This document shows, piece after piece, positions 1-15,690 of a stretch of 64,000 nucleotides of DNA. The stretch spans positions 117,738,001-117,802,000 of the forward strand of contig NC_042998.1 in NCBI RefSeq assembly GCF_006345805.1, read 5' to 3'. Origin of the DNA: Octopus sinensis (Eukaryota). A program made the translations under genes and the position numbers. Below the pieces are notes generated by a model. It ran no database searches. It was not told the DNA's origin and saw only the letters and a list, made by a program, of their open reading frames with translations. Each line of letters starts with the position of its first letter. Position 1 is the first letter of the stretch.

Positions 1-704
1 ACTGAGATGTATTTGACGGTATTGCGGGGAAGAGATGTGTTGGCTGTGAACTACGTCCAAGGAACATTCATGTGGGACCTATATAGTATTTATGATAGGC
101 CAAGCATCTTAGGACATAAATGAGGCTTTCAGAGGTGCAAGTGAAATTAGATTTAATTTTGAATTTTTGCCCTTGTTTAAAATAGAATTCTGATCCTTCT
201 GGAAATCCACAAAAGCCAGATTATGAATGAAGCCATTAAATGTTAACAAACAAGCGTTAACACAAAAGAAACATCTAAAACCTATGCATATTTCGGAAAC
301 TGCAATTACAGATTTACAGATTTACCATTGTGGTTGGGGTTAGGATCATCTCTATGCTGAAGTGATTCATGTGGTCCATAGCTTTCGAGAAGACCAGAGG
401 TGATATCGTTATTAATATTAATATTACGATTATTACATAACACCGCACTTCCCAAAACAGCTGCAGAGTTAAAAGGTTTTGTATTTCCTTCCTATTATTC
501 TGTAAGTTTATGTATGTATTTGTGTGGCGTCTGATTTTGTTTATCTGCATTAATATATCCAGCTCGTCGTGGATTTCTCTTCTAGCCACACTTAACGCTG
601 CACAGCTGAGCCTGGACAATGAATTCTAGTATAAGTTCAAATTCATTTGAGCATTACTACGTGATTTGTATCTTGCTGGAGCATATATAACCCTTACCCA
701 CTAT

Positions 705-853
705 GTATATACACACATACACACACACATATATATATATATATATATGTAAATATATATGTGTGTGCGTGTGTTTTTGCTTGTATATATATGTACGTAT
801 GTATGTACGTACGTATGTATTTTGTAGGTATGTACGCATATATGTATGTGAGT

Positions 854-938
<85 letters not shown>

Positions 939-980
939 ATATGTACGTATGTATTTATGTATGTATCTATGTGTATATAT
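705..980. repeat. Compound (TA)n/(CA)n/(TATG)n microsatellite
   Basis: Directly visible; it explains the YI/CV-rich spurious ORFs here. Confidence 0.95.
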
Positions 981-3905
981 TAAACGTATTATATTGCCCT
1001 CGAAGAATATTTCGATATATAGGTACATAATAACATTTTTACAATCAACACAGAATTAGCTTGCCTAATTAGGAAAATTTAATAGAAATCTAATGAAACG
1101 ACTGCTGTCACAATACAGCAACGTCTATAACTATCTCTACACTAATTGTATTAGCAAACGACTCTCTATTGCTCCTACAAATAAACGTTCATTTTAGTAA
1201 AAAGATTTTCTAAGATTCCTTGAGCTCGAATGTTTGTTATTTCATATATTTATTTGAGTAGTATAGTTTTCATGAAGTATTGCCTCGTATATATGCTGTA
1301 AATTATATTTTCATGCTAAAACAATACAATTTGTGACAGATAAAACAGGCTGCTATATCTAGATAGTATTTCAATATTTCCATGTTAGGACTCCTTCGTC
1401 AGGAAATATTAGGAGACATTTGTTATTCGCTGACTTCTCTGTCTTGCAGTATGTGAGTTCGGCATGTTTTATTAGAGTAACCAATCTACCTTCAGCAACT
1501 CTGATCTACTAATATGTGGTATATTTTTATTAAAAAATATACGTTCATTCTTAAGTTTCCAAATTTCCTTTGTTTCTGTAGATTCAACGGCAAGCTAGAT
1601 TTCGTGGGTATAGAATTTCTGAAGTTATATCGATTGAGGTACTATGTGCATTGAAGTGTTCTTACTTTTCAGCTCAAACATGATCATATATGTTGGTGGT
1701 GCTGCGTTATGCATAAAATCACTCGTAACATATGTAGTACATTCTACATCGAAAGTAGCATCAGGCAATTTATGCATACAGATTAAATATCAACTATATG
1801 CTAATATTTCTTCACTAAAAGAATACAACAAAATCTACAGAAATACAACATACAAGTTCCGATTGAAGCTATAGAAAATATACACGAAAAACGTGAAAAT
1901 AAAGAGGCACTAATTACGATCTACACACCATGTTAATAACAGATTAGAGAAGCACGAAGCCGATATCAAATTCGTTTCCAGAGATGTCCTGAAGTAGGTG
2001 TGCACACTGTGACATATTGAAATGCGAGTAACACTGTCAAACTGCTCTAATTTTATAGATTGCATTACCATTTTTTCAAATAGTATAATTATAATCGCCA
2101 ATTTTTATATTGTTATTCTGCCTTACTCTGGTTTATTCTCTTATCCTGCAAATCTTAAACCTACTTTTCAACTAGAAGAGATGTTCTTATAGGACGAATC
2201 TTAATACTTTAAGTTAACGAAATTTTAAAATCTCAATATTCCTTATTCTGTGAGTGAAACAGAATATAAATATTTGCTTCGCTGTTTCTCAATGTGATCA
2301 TTAACTTTATGATTTTTTACCATCTGCTTCTGAATGCAAACTCCGTTTTCATAAACGTTTTCAAATGTTACAATATGATTATTTCCTGGAATACGTTAGC
2401 TTTTGTTTTGATGAAGAACTGAATCAAGCTAATGTTAAAGACATAAATGTCACGATGTAGTCATTTCCTCATGCAATGTAACGTTTGTTTTGGCGATAAA
2501 TTGAATAATAACATATCTTAGACGAGAAATAAAAATGGTTTTAACCACATATTTCATTTGAATTCATATTAGTTTGAAATGAAATAGATAAAAATAAGAT
2601 TGCCACAAGACGCACTACTGTTAACCATAAGAAAGAAAATAAGAAATTCGTTTAATTCATGATAGTAATGGACGTAAACTTTTATCGATTCAGTTTTATT
2701 CTTGCAATTACTGAAACTTCGCAGATAATATCAGCTCAGTTAGATGTGTCTTGAGAAATCTGTAGCGCTCGCAAACGATTGAAAACTTATGTTGGATTAG
2801 ATGTCATTATAAGGAGAATATAATCTACTGAATCTTATGGAAAATCAGTTGATATCGTTTTGAAATGATAATCATCATTAATAAAGTTCGTTAAGGGCTT
2901 CAATCGGATAATACGGATTTAAGTTATATTGTCATTATCAAATCGGCTCTGAGAAATATCCTAATGTATAATAATTAATGCCATTACTACGTCCCGTAGA
3001 AGGCAGACTCTCATTTGAAGAAATGTGTGTGTGTCCTTTTCCTCTTTGTATCACTACATGCCAACCGTTTATGATTATTTCTGTATGTCTTTCATAGGTT
3101 ATAGGTGCAGCACGAAGTAACGTGTACGATAAAAACCGGACTTTAACAAGGTCGACACCAGGATCTATTTCATCAACTACGATACTTCACCAAACCTGGG
3201 TGCATTTCAATAACTGAAATATGTTTAAGAATTAAACATTACCATGTGTGCTGGGTCCATATGTGAATTTATTATCCTTCGTAAGAATTCCAGTAAGATA
3301 CTTATTAAATTTTGAGTCAGTCATGGAGTACCAATATGGTCACACGTTGCGATAGAAATATCAACGAAGAATCAAATATATCTAAAGACACCATGACAAG
3401 TTTCTATGTAGAATGGCTCAATGCGTAATATCATCCGGTGTATAATATACTAGCAACTTAAAAGATGCAATGGGCATCGCTTTAAGCATTTGATCATATT
3501 GCTCAGCGTCGTCTCGCCTTTCCATGGTTAGGTGGCTGATACCGTAAAACAAAATCATTGTGCTTACGACAATCGTATTTCAGTATAAAATTCTTACTAT
3601 TGCAAATCAACAACTGCACCCAATTTAAGTTTTAACATGCATATTAGATTGTGAAATCTATTAATTCTACATATTTATTACTCTTTTACATGTTTCAGTC
3701 AGTTGAACGTGACCATGCTGGAGCACCGCTTTAGTCGAGCAAATCAACCCCAGGACTTATTATTTGCAAGCCTAGTACTTATTCTACCAGTCTCTTTTGC
3801 CGAACCGCTACGTTACGGCGACGTAAACACACCAGCATTGGTTGTCAGGCGATGTTGGGGGGACAAACACGGACGCACAAACATATACACACATACATAT
3901 ATACA

Positions 3906-3964
<59 letters not shown>

Positions 3965-3966
<2 letters not shown>

Positions 3967-4335
3967 GTACTGCAAATTTAGGGTGAATACTTGGTAAGTG
4001 TAAGCACCTGTATACGCCGGATAGTGGAAGAGGTGAGAGAGAATATATCAAATAAAATCAAAAACAGAACACAAAGGATATCGCGGTACACGTGTTTCAA
4101 GCTTTATAAACGACCTGTTCTTACATCAGTGTATAATAGATATAACGGATGGTTTAAAGCTCTCTTATTTGTAGTCTGATGTAACTCTTTGGAATAACAA
4201 TATACGCGGCTGAAGAGAGCTTTAAACCATATTTTATATCTTTAAAAACTGATGTAAGAACAGATCGTTTATAAAGCTTGAAACAAGTGTAACGCGATAT
4301 CCTTTGTCTTCTGTTTTTGATTTTATTTGATATAT
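3965..4335. mobile_element. Short foldback element with ~120-bp inverted arms (4043-4166 / 4213-4335), Penelope-pLTR/retrozyme-like
   Basis: The arms are imperfect reverse complements (the ORF track gives ISNKIKNRxQRISRYTCFKLYKR on both strands). The left arm has an unpaired outward extension (3965-4042). It is inserted in (TA)n. Confidence 0.85.
4205..4296 (+). ncRNA. Type I hammerhead ribozyme motif
   Basis: CGCGG-CUGAAGA-GAGCUUUA..UAAAGCUU-GAA-AC AAGU GU-A^-ACGCG: intact core, 8-bp stem II, short stem III, and a stem I with one mismatch. The opposite arm keeps CCGCG and the palindromic ACACGUGU. Confidence 0.8.
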
Positions 4336-4336
4336 A

Positions 4337-4416
<80 letters not shown>

Positions 4417-5027
4417 GACGGTCTTCTTTCAGTTTCCGTTTACCAAATCTACTCACAAGTCTTTGTTCGGCCCGAGGCTAAAGTGAAAGACACTTGTCCA
4501 CGATGCCATGCAGTGGGACTGAAACCGGAACTATGTGGTCCGTTAGTAAGCTACTTACCACATAGCCGCTCCTGACTAAAATCAAAAACCAACAGTGTAT
4601 TCCATCTTCCCCAAATATAGTCAACCTCAATTAATTTCTTCGAATGTGAAATGCTCAGAAAGTCTAAATATTTGATATAAACACCGTGTGTTTATTATTT
4701 ATTATTATAGGGAAATAAACTTCATAACTCTATCTCGACTCGGCAGCCGCAACACCAGTTGTAAATTATAGAATAGGCTGCTGTAATGTCAATAAAACAA
4801 GTTCCATTAAAACCGGAACAATAAAATCAAAATATGAGCAACGAAAATAAAGGAGAGTAATTGCAAAGGAAAGAAATAAGAGGAAGAAATAGCATAGAAT
4901 AAATTGTGAGGAATTTAATAACACCATCAAAATTAAATGCAATAGGAATGTCTCCAGGTTAATAAAGTCACTAATTTTAAGCTAAACTATTTACACATGT
5001 ATGTGTGTCTGCACGTGTGTATGAATA

Positions 5028-5330
<303 letters not shown>

Positions 5331-7249
5331 TGTGTCTGTATGAGTGTCTGTGCTTGTGGATCGGTATAGTTCTGCTCGTATGTTTGTATTCATATACTAT
5401 ATATTGAATTATTACAGAGATCAAAATCGACAGCCGACTAATTAATAGAGAAAGAAAATTATATGAATTCTAAATGTAATAAAACTGTTGAGAGCTCCAA
5501 AGCTGTAGGATAATATTTGGACATGTATAATCTCCAAGAATTACTTACTCATCTAAAAGATAAAGGTGTCTTAGCAAATGAAGTAAAATATTGTTTTTGA
5601 AAGTATATATGTGGGTGTAAGTAACAAATATTGATAAATGGGAAAGTTACAAAATATAGCAGAACAAAAGACACTGCTAAGCAAAGCCATGGACCGATTG
5701 TTAAATGACATTCAACATCATAATGTCAAAGTTTAGGGTTACTGTATAGATTACAGATAGTAAGAGAGTATATCATGAAAGTCCAAGATTAAGTCAGTGA
5801 ATCTATCAACTTTATTTGCATAAATCTAAAACATAAAAAGACAAATCGAGGTAAAAGATAAATAAAATATAAACTGAGTTTCTCTCAGTAAGTTCCAATT
5901 TCTACCAGCTAGAATCAATTCTCTGTCAATATTTTCTATGTAGCTCTGACAAAAGTAAGGAGTTTCTGCTATCAAGACATCAGTTGTATTGAATTCTATA
6001 CGTAAATTGTAAAGCATCTCTTTGTATGATTCGATGGTGTATATGCTGAATACAGAGTAAATAACCAAAAAATTAATTAAAAAAGAAAATATATCAAGAT
6101 TAATCAGCTACATTAAACAATTTGGTAAAAATTGAAAATTAATTACAACGGAAACTATCATATTAAATCCATATACTGAAATATGGGAATACAAACAGAG
6201 ATATCAATACACATATTTATTTGAAAATGGAAGAAAGCAAGGAAGGAAACCTTATAATCGACTATAGCAAAAGAGTAAATATCACAAAGAAGTCGGAATA
6301 TAATTTCGGATTTCAAAATAATGAATATTAAAAACACTAAATGTATATGTATCCCAGCCACGACTGCAGTTTCAATATGAGAAACTTAAACTAACTAAAA
6401 TGAAATTAACATCAGAATACTACTCATTGAATTTCAAACGCAATATCCGCAACAAATATATAAAAAATATAAATATCAACATTAAACGATGCAATGCGGG
6501 AAGATATATTTCTACCCTATCACAGATTAAATAATTCATTAATGTCATACTTATTACGGTATTGAGAATCACATTTATAGTGTAGACTGTACAAAATACT
6601 TGACAACATATTTCCGTTGGTTTTCAAGCATAGGAAAAAGATTATCATGTTAGCAAAAGGATTCGAAAGAAGTGTAAAAGATTATAAACATAAAATAAAT
6701 AAATCGAAATATATTCAACCATTTACATAAGAGCAAAAACCATATTCTGCCATGGAAATTAATGGCTGTGGACGTTGCTATTTGGGGAAATTAGACTACG
6801 TTTGAATATAAAAGATTGGGTCCAGATGAATTATGTCATAGCATCTTTGGAACATTCTTTTATAGGGATCGAATCGAACTCCTAACCAAATGGAATGCAT
6901 ACTTTAGCGAGATGATCGATATCAGAAACTGATCGAATAAGTTTATACGAGAATGAAAGCTAGATAAATAAATCACCACTATTATGTAAAGGAGGGATTG
7001 AGGGTGACAACCAAACATTACTTCATGTAATACAGATATTTTCTTTGCATATATTATAAAACAGATTAAATATTCCCTTGTAAGATTATATGATATACCT
7101 TACCACTGGATGATATATGTGTGTGTATGAGCGTATATGGATGTAGTACTATAAGTGGGAGTTAATTTGAAAAAAAAGGAGACCTAGTTCATTATGGAGG
7201 GACTGAGAGCAATTATCGGTACCATTTAAGGGAAATAAGCGTAGGTGAA

Positions 7250-7395
7250 TTTCGCCTGAGTTCGAATAGGGTCGACGTCGCCTTTTATTCTTTCATAGTC
7301 GATAAAATAAGTACAATTCAAGCACTGTGGTCGATGTAATTGACTTGCCTCTTTCCCCGAAATTGCAGGCTGTGTGCCACAATTTCAATCCAATA
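7250..7395 (+). mobile_element. SINE fragment (family of 28715-28930)
   Basis: GTCGACGTCGCCTTTTATTCTTTCATAGTCGATAAAATAAGTAC matches the central domain of the 28.7-kb SINE. Confidence 0.65.
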
Positions 7396-7629
7396 TTGCA
7401 AACAGCAATGTAACGGAAGTGGTTTGATATCTAGAGGTAGTGAATAACTGAATCAAAGCTGATGTAGAAATGCTACAGCGAATCAAGCAAAACAAACAAC
7501 AACAAATATATTATGAATAACATCCTGTTCTTTAGACACTAATTCATCAATAATTGTTTGTAACTATAGAACGAAGGGCCTAACGACTGTAGACAAGTTT
7601 TGAACGGAATATTACATGTTATTTGCAAT

Positions 7630-7722
7630 GTGAGAATTTGAACTCAGAATGGAGTGCCGAAATGAATGCAGCCAAGAAATTTTGTCCTTCGTGCTGATGA
7701 CTGTGCCGGCTGGCCACCTAGC
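7630..7722 (-). mobile_element. SINE head fragment (family of 28715-28930)
   Basis: Reverse complement contains ...TTCTGAGTTCAAATTC and a GGTGGCCAGCCGGCAC start, like the 28.7-kb head. Confidence 0.5.
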
Positions 7723-7929
7723 TGACTACATAATAATAGCAATAATTAAAATGCCCCTCCCCTCCTTTCTCTTCTCCATCACCTCTTCCAATGGGTTTTC
7801 AGTATAGTATAGGTATAATAATAATTGTGAAACTATAGTAGTAAACAAGTGTAAAAGAGATTATAGTAGTAATACTGAAATTATGATAGTGAACAAGTGA
7901 ATAATTACCTACGATGATTAACAAGTGGC

Positions 7930-10830
7930 GTTGAAAAACCGTCGATTCATCGACGACTAAACCGGAAACTCCACTGAGCTTGCTTCTTGAGGAGGGTGGA
8001 TATTCAACACCCATCAGAATTAAGAGCAAATCCCGACAAAGAGCAGAGGAACTCAGAAGAGTCAATGGCAATTCCGAAAACAGGTAGACCGAACTCGTGA
8101 GCCTTTGTTGGCAGTCTGCCTAGGAGAAGGAACACTCTGATTTAAAACTGAAGTAGATAGGACTCCTTAGTTAAAGTAGTGACAACCTGTCAGTGTCCAA
8201 TGTTTCCATGCCTGGGATGGCGAATAAACTTTAACACCGGAACATTATTCGAATGACGCTGGCATGTCTCCTAGTGAGAATTACGGTCATAATCCCCGAC
8301 ACACAGAAATACGAAGGGAACAGGCCCAACTTATGAGTAGTAAGAGCTCTGCTGTCTTGGTTGACAATCTTACTACAGATGGTATCTCGATAAAAATATC
8401 GGTCGGTGGCTAAACTTAGAAAGATACCACGATGTTGAGTGAAAATATCTAATATAAACGTATCAAATAACGGTGTTAATGAGGCTGGAGTCAAAGGTGA
8501 ATATCTTTCGGCCGGCAGGTGCCCTGTGGTTGGGCAGCACAAGCCCGGTCGTCATCTAGAGACTGCTTGTACCCAAGGCCAGTGGCAGAGTAGAAGGTGA
8601 GACAAGGAGGCAAAACAAACGGTAATTGAATGCTGGGTCAGGAGTGAAATAGGTAGAAGTGGATTCCGACAACGAATGAAAGCAAAATGGAATGAGATAA
8701 CACTTTTTAAAACAAGTGAGCAATGTTTAACCGACCAGGCAAGAGCAATAAGAGCAAATATATGGTTAACATATATTGAAATAGAAGAGATAAAAAGGCA
8801 AGTAGAAGATAGAAATAATATTTCACCAAAAGATAATAGGCTCAGTGGGAAAAGAAAAATTAAAGGCGGCAATGAAGACGTAGAGAAAAGTGTAAATATA
8901 AATGCATTCTCAGAAAATGAAGCAGAAGTAATAAGAAGAGCTATATCAAAAGAATACGATGTGGACCAACAAGACATAGTGCGGACGCTGTGCCGAAATA
9001 TTAGAAAAGACTAGGATCAAGCACCCCACCCCCCAACCTGAGGTACTTTGATCGATGAAAGCACGAGTTGAAACCCAAAAGACTTATTCGGTTCTTGGGC
9101 TATTTCAGAGGGGAAATATGACGGAAATTAACAAGATTATTTAGGCTGAAGCTATGGTTGCTGCAGATAGAGTTAGATACATACGAAATAAACAAACACA
9201 ACGTAAAGAAGCATACTGGCGTAGACGAATGTATGACGAAGTTAAAAATATAATTAGGACAAATTGATAGATTGAGAAGAAGAGAATTGCCAAACAAAAG
9301 CATAAGAATAATGATGGAAAGAACATACAGAATAAGAGGTAAAGTTATGATGTTACATTGGAAGAACTGAAACAAAGAGTAGTAGCAATCAATGCAAAAC
9401 TGGAAATATATGACAATAGAAAAAGACAGTTAAGGAAAAATGCATTGTTTGAAGTAAATCAGAAGAAACTGTTTCAGGACATAGATGGGCAAATACACAT
9501 AACAATGATAGAAGATGCAGAGTAAAGCAAGTCATTCTGAAGAGGGATCTGGGACAAAGCTGTGGAGCATAATGATGAAGCGAAGTTGGTTACATGGAAT
9601 CCAAAATAGGTTAAGAAATATAGAAGTACAAGATGACATAAAAATAACTACAGAAATGATTAATAAGAAAATCAATTGAGAAAATTCCAAAATTGGAAGA
9701 ACCCAGGATCGGGCGGGGTCGAAGATTACGGGATGAAGAAGCTGAGAGAGTTACATGAAAATATACCATAACTGCTAGATGAATGCTTGCAGTAAGGCGG
9801 AGTAAAAAGCTGGATAACAAAGGAAAGAGATTGTTATGTGCAAAGGATCCTGAAAATGGAAATGATGCATCCAAATTTGGACCACTAAGATGACTTCCGC
9901 TAATGTGGAAACTAATGTTAAGGGCTTTGGCCGGTGAATTGTACAGATACTTGTAAAAATGTGGGCTGCTATTCGTTAAACAGAAAGGGTGCCGAAAAAG
10001 GAGCTGGGAACGAAGTGTCAGCTCTTAATTGATAATCTAATTATCAGGAACTGCAAGAGAAGACATACAAACCTGCGCATGGCATGGGTTGTCTATAGCA
10101 AAGCATACGATATCACACTACACTTCTTGATAAGAACAATGGAAATGTATGGTGTAGCAGATAATATGAGAAACCATATAAGGAATAGCATGAAATGCTG
10201 GAGAAAGGAATTGAAAGCAGGGAATCAAGAGTTAGGAGTGGTGAAAACAAGAGTGGAATCTTTCAGGGGTACAATGTGTCCCTACTGATATTCGCGCTGG
10301 GAATGATTGATCCCCTTGAGTGAAATACTGCAGAAAACAAAGTTAAGGTATGATCCGCGAAGAGGTAAGGGAAGACTAAACCACTTGCTATTCATGAACG
10401 ACATGAAGCTATTCATAAAACCCGAGGCAGAACTGGACAGCCTAGTTCAGTGTGCGCGGAGTTTGTCCATTGATATTAAGATGGAGACTCAAAAGATTGA
10501 TATTAAGATGGACACTCAAAATGTGCTACGATTGTGATGAGACGAGGAAAGCATGCCAGGACAGAAGGCATATTGTTTGTTAAGTGGTAAAATGATGATG
10601 GCAATTCAAACTCATTCCAGCTATAAATAACTGGAAATACTTGAGGCAGATGGGATCAAACACCACGACATGAGGGAAAAGACAAATAGAGAGTACCTGC
10701 GGCGAGTTAGAAAAATATTGACTTCAAAACTGAATGCAAGAATTATAATTTCGGCAATGAGCTCGCGTGCCGTCGCAGTAGTCCAGTATGGCGCTAGAAT
10801 TCGGAAGTGGGCTAAAGAGGAGCTAAAGGA
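7930..10830 (+). mobile_element. Old, heavily disrupted R4/Dong-clade non-LTR retrotransposon (N-terminal region + RT)
   Basis: Peptide fragments SEQCLTDQARAIRANIWLTYIEIEEIK, QLLIDNLII..CKRRHTNLRMAWVVYSKAYD, NHLLFMNDMKLF and EYLRRVRKILTSKLN, with many stops and frameshifts. The 5' boundary is uncertain. Confidence 0.85.
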
Positions 10831-11046
10831 GAATAATAATTACAACTACGTAAAATACTGTCTACGTAATCTCAAATTTAAAAGAAAAAATTATAATTTT
10901 CTTATCTTAAACATTTTATAGGACCATAATATGTGCAAAACCAAAAATATGACATCCTAGGCATAACACTAACTTGAACGTCTAACTTGTCTCTTCAGGT
11001 CTCGGGGTGAGATAAGTCAAATACAAATACAAAGCAAAAGTGAAAG

Positions 11047-13956
<2,910 letters not shown>

Positions 13957-13959
<3 letters not shown>

Positions 13960-14190
13960 TAGTTTTATTTTTATAGCGTGCTTTCACTTCACTACCGAGC
14001 GCAGCTCTGTGTGCCTTGGGTATGTGATGTGATTTGTTGTGATGCTCTGATGGTTATTGTATGGAAAGTGTTCTGCGTAGGATGTGTGCAGTGCCTAGTA
14101 GTGCAATTTTCTGTATGTTATATGTGTTTGTAAGTCCTGGTGTTTTTGTTATGTATTTGTCTGAATATTTTTTTATCATGCCTAATGCAC
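13957..14190 (-). mobile_element. Dong LINE 3' tail copy 1
   Basis: Reverse complement of ~13640-13874, flanked by (ATT)n. Confidence 0.95.
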
Positions 14191-14242
<52 letters not shown>

Positions 14243-14245
<3 letters not shown>

Positions 14246-14476
14246 TAGTTTTATTTTTATAGCGTGCTTTCACTTCACTACCGAGCGCAGCTCTGTGTGC
14301 CTTGGGTATGTGATGTGATTTGTTGTGATGCTCTGATGGTTATTGTATGGAAAGTGTTCTGCGTAGGATGTGTGCAGTGCCTAGTAGTGCAATTTTCTGT
14401 ATGTTATATGTGTTTGTAAGTCCTGGTGTTTTTGTTATGTATTTGTCTGAATATTTTTTTATCATGCCTAATGCAC
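14243..14476 (-). mobile_element. Dong LINE 3' tail copy 2
   Basis: Apparently identical to copy 1, with the same truncation point. Confidence 0.95.
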
Positions 14477-14534
<58 letters not shown>

Positions 14535-14540
14535 ATTATT

Positions 14541-14977
14541 CAGTAGTTTTATTTTTATAGCGTGCTTTCACTTCACTACCGAGCGCAGCTCTGTGTGCCT
14601 TGGGTATGTGCTGTGATTTGTTGTGATGCTCTGATGGTTATTGTATGGAAAGTGTTCTGCGTAGGATGTGTGCAGTGCCTAGTAGTGCAATTTTCTGTAT
14701 GTTATATGTGTTTTTGTAAGTCCTGGTGTTTTTGTTATGTATTTGTCTGAATATTTTTTTTATCATGCCTAATGCACCTACTATGATAGGAATTGTTTCT
14801 CTTTTCAGGTTCCACATTCTAGTTACCTCTATTTCCAGGTCTTTGTATTTTGAGAGTTTCTCCATTTCTTTTAGAGACACGTTGTCATCTGCCGGTATTG
14901 ATACATCAATTAGAAAGCATTTTTTTCTTCATGATCTCTGACAACTATATCTGGTCTGTTGGCCTTAATTTCTCTAT
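14541..14977 (-). mobile_element. Dong LINE 3' tail copy 3 (longer)
   Basis: Encodes SLKEMEKLSKYKDLEIEVTRMWNL...KIALLGTAHILRRTL. Confidence 0.95.
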
Positions 14978-15014
14978 TATTATTATCATTAAAATTATTA
15001 TTATTATAATTATA

Positions 15015-15298
15015 ATAGAGGTAACTCGAATTTGGAATCTAAAAACAGAAACAATTCCTATCATAGTAGGTGCATTAGGCATGGTAAAAAATATTAAGAC
15101 AAATATATAACAAAAACACCAGGATTTACAAACACATATAACATACAGAAAATTGCACTACTGGGCACTGCCCACATCCTACGCAAAACACTTTCAATAC
15201 AGTAACCATCAGAGCATCACAACAAAACACAGCACATACCGAAGGCACATAGAGCTGCGCTCGGTAGTGAAGTGAAAGCACGCTATAAAAAAAAATTA

Positions 15299-15301
<3 letters not shown>
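15015..15301 (+). mobile_element. Dong LINE 3' tail copy 4
   Basis: Matches ~13586-13874 with substitutions, followed by (AAT)n and then (GAA)n. Confidence 0.9.
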
Positions 15302-15394
<93 letters not shown>

Positions 15395-15511
15395 AAGAAG
15401 AAGAAGAAGAAGAAGGGGAGGAGGAGCAGGTGGAGAAGAAGAAGAAGAAGAAGAAGAAGAAGAAGAAGAAGAAGAAGAAGAGAAGAAGAAGAAGAAGAAG
15501 AAGAAGAAGAA

Positions 15512-15690
15512 GGAATAAAATGCTGGGTAGATCTACACAAAGTTTGCCTCTTAGGGACTGCTAGGATTATCATGAGTGTTCTAAGCTCTTGAAAGATTTG
15601 AAAAACTTGCGTATAACTAAGGTTACAGGTAGCAACCTGCTACCCATATAAATTCTACCAGGAATGTGACCGAACCGGATCCGAACCAAA
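15512..15690 (+). mobile_element. 3' tail of a different R4/Dong family
   Basis: KVCLLGTARII-stop C-terminus plus a short UTR ending in (AAT)n. Confidence 0.7.

Larger units (their letters stand above)
3675..4575 (-). mobile_element. tRNA-derived SINE (same family as 20265-20668), interrupted in its internal (TA)n tract by a foldback element
   Basis: 4416-4575 is the reverse complement of the SINE head and 3675-3890 is the reverse complement of the SINE tail seen intact at 20265-20668. Confidence 0.85.

Noticed and set aside
657-1059. Many 60-150 aa ORFs rich in YI/CV/HT (here and throughout the window)
   Set aside because: They are translations of stop-free microsatellites, not genes.
4249-4291. 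Alternative hammerhead core starting at CUGAUGU
   Set aside because: Non-canonical and has no stem I; the CUGAAGA at 4210 gives the complete fold.
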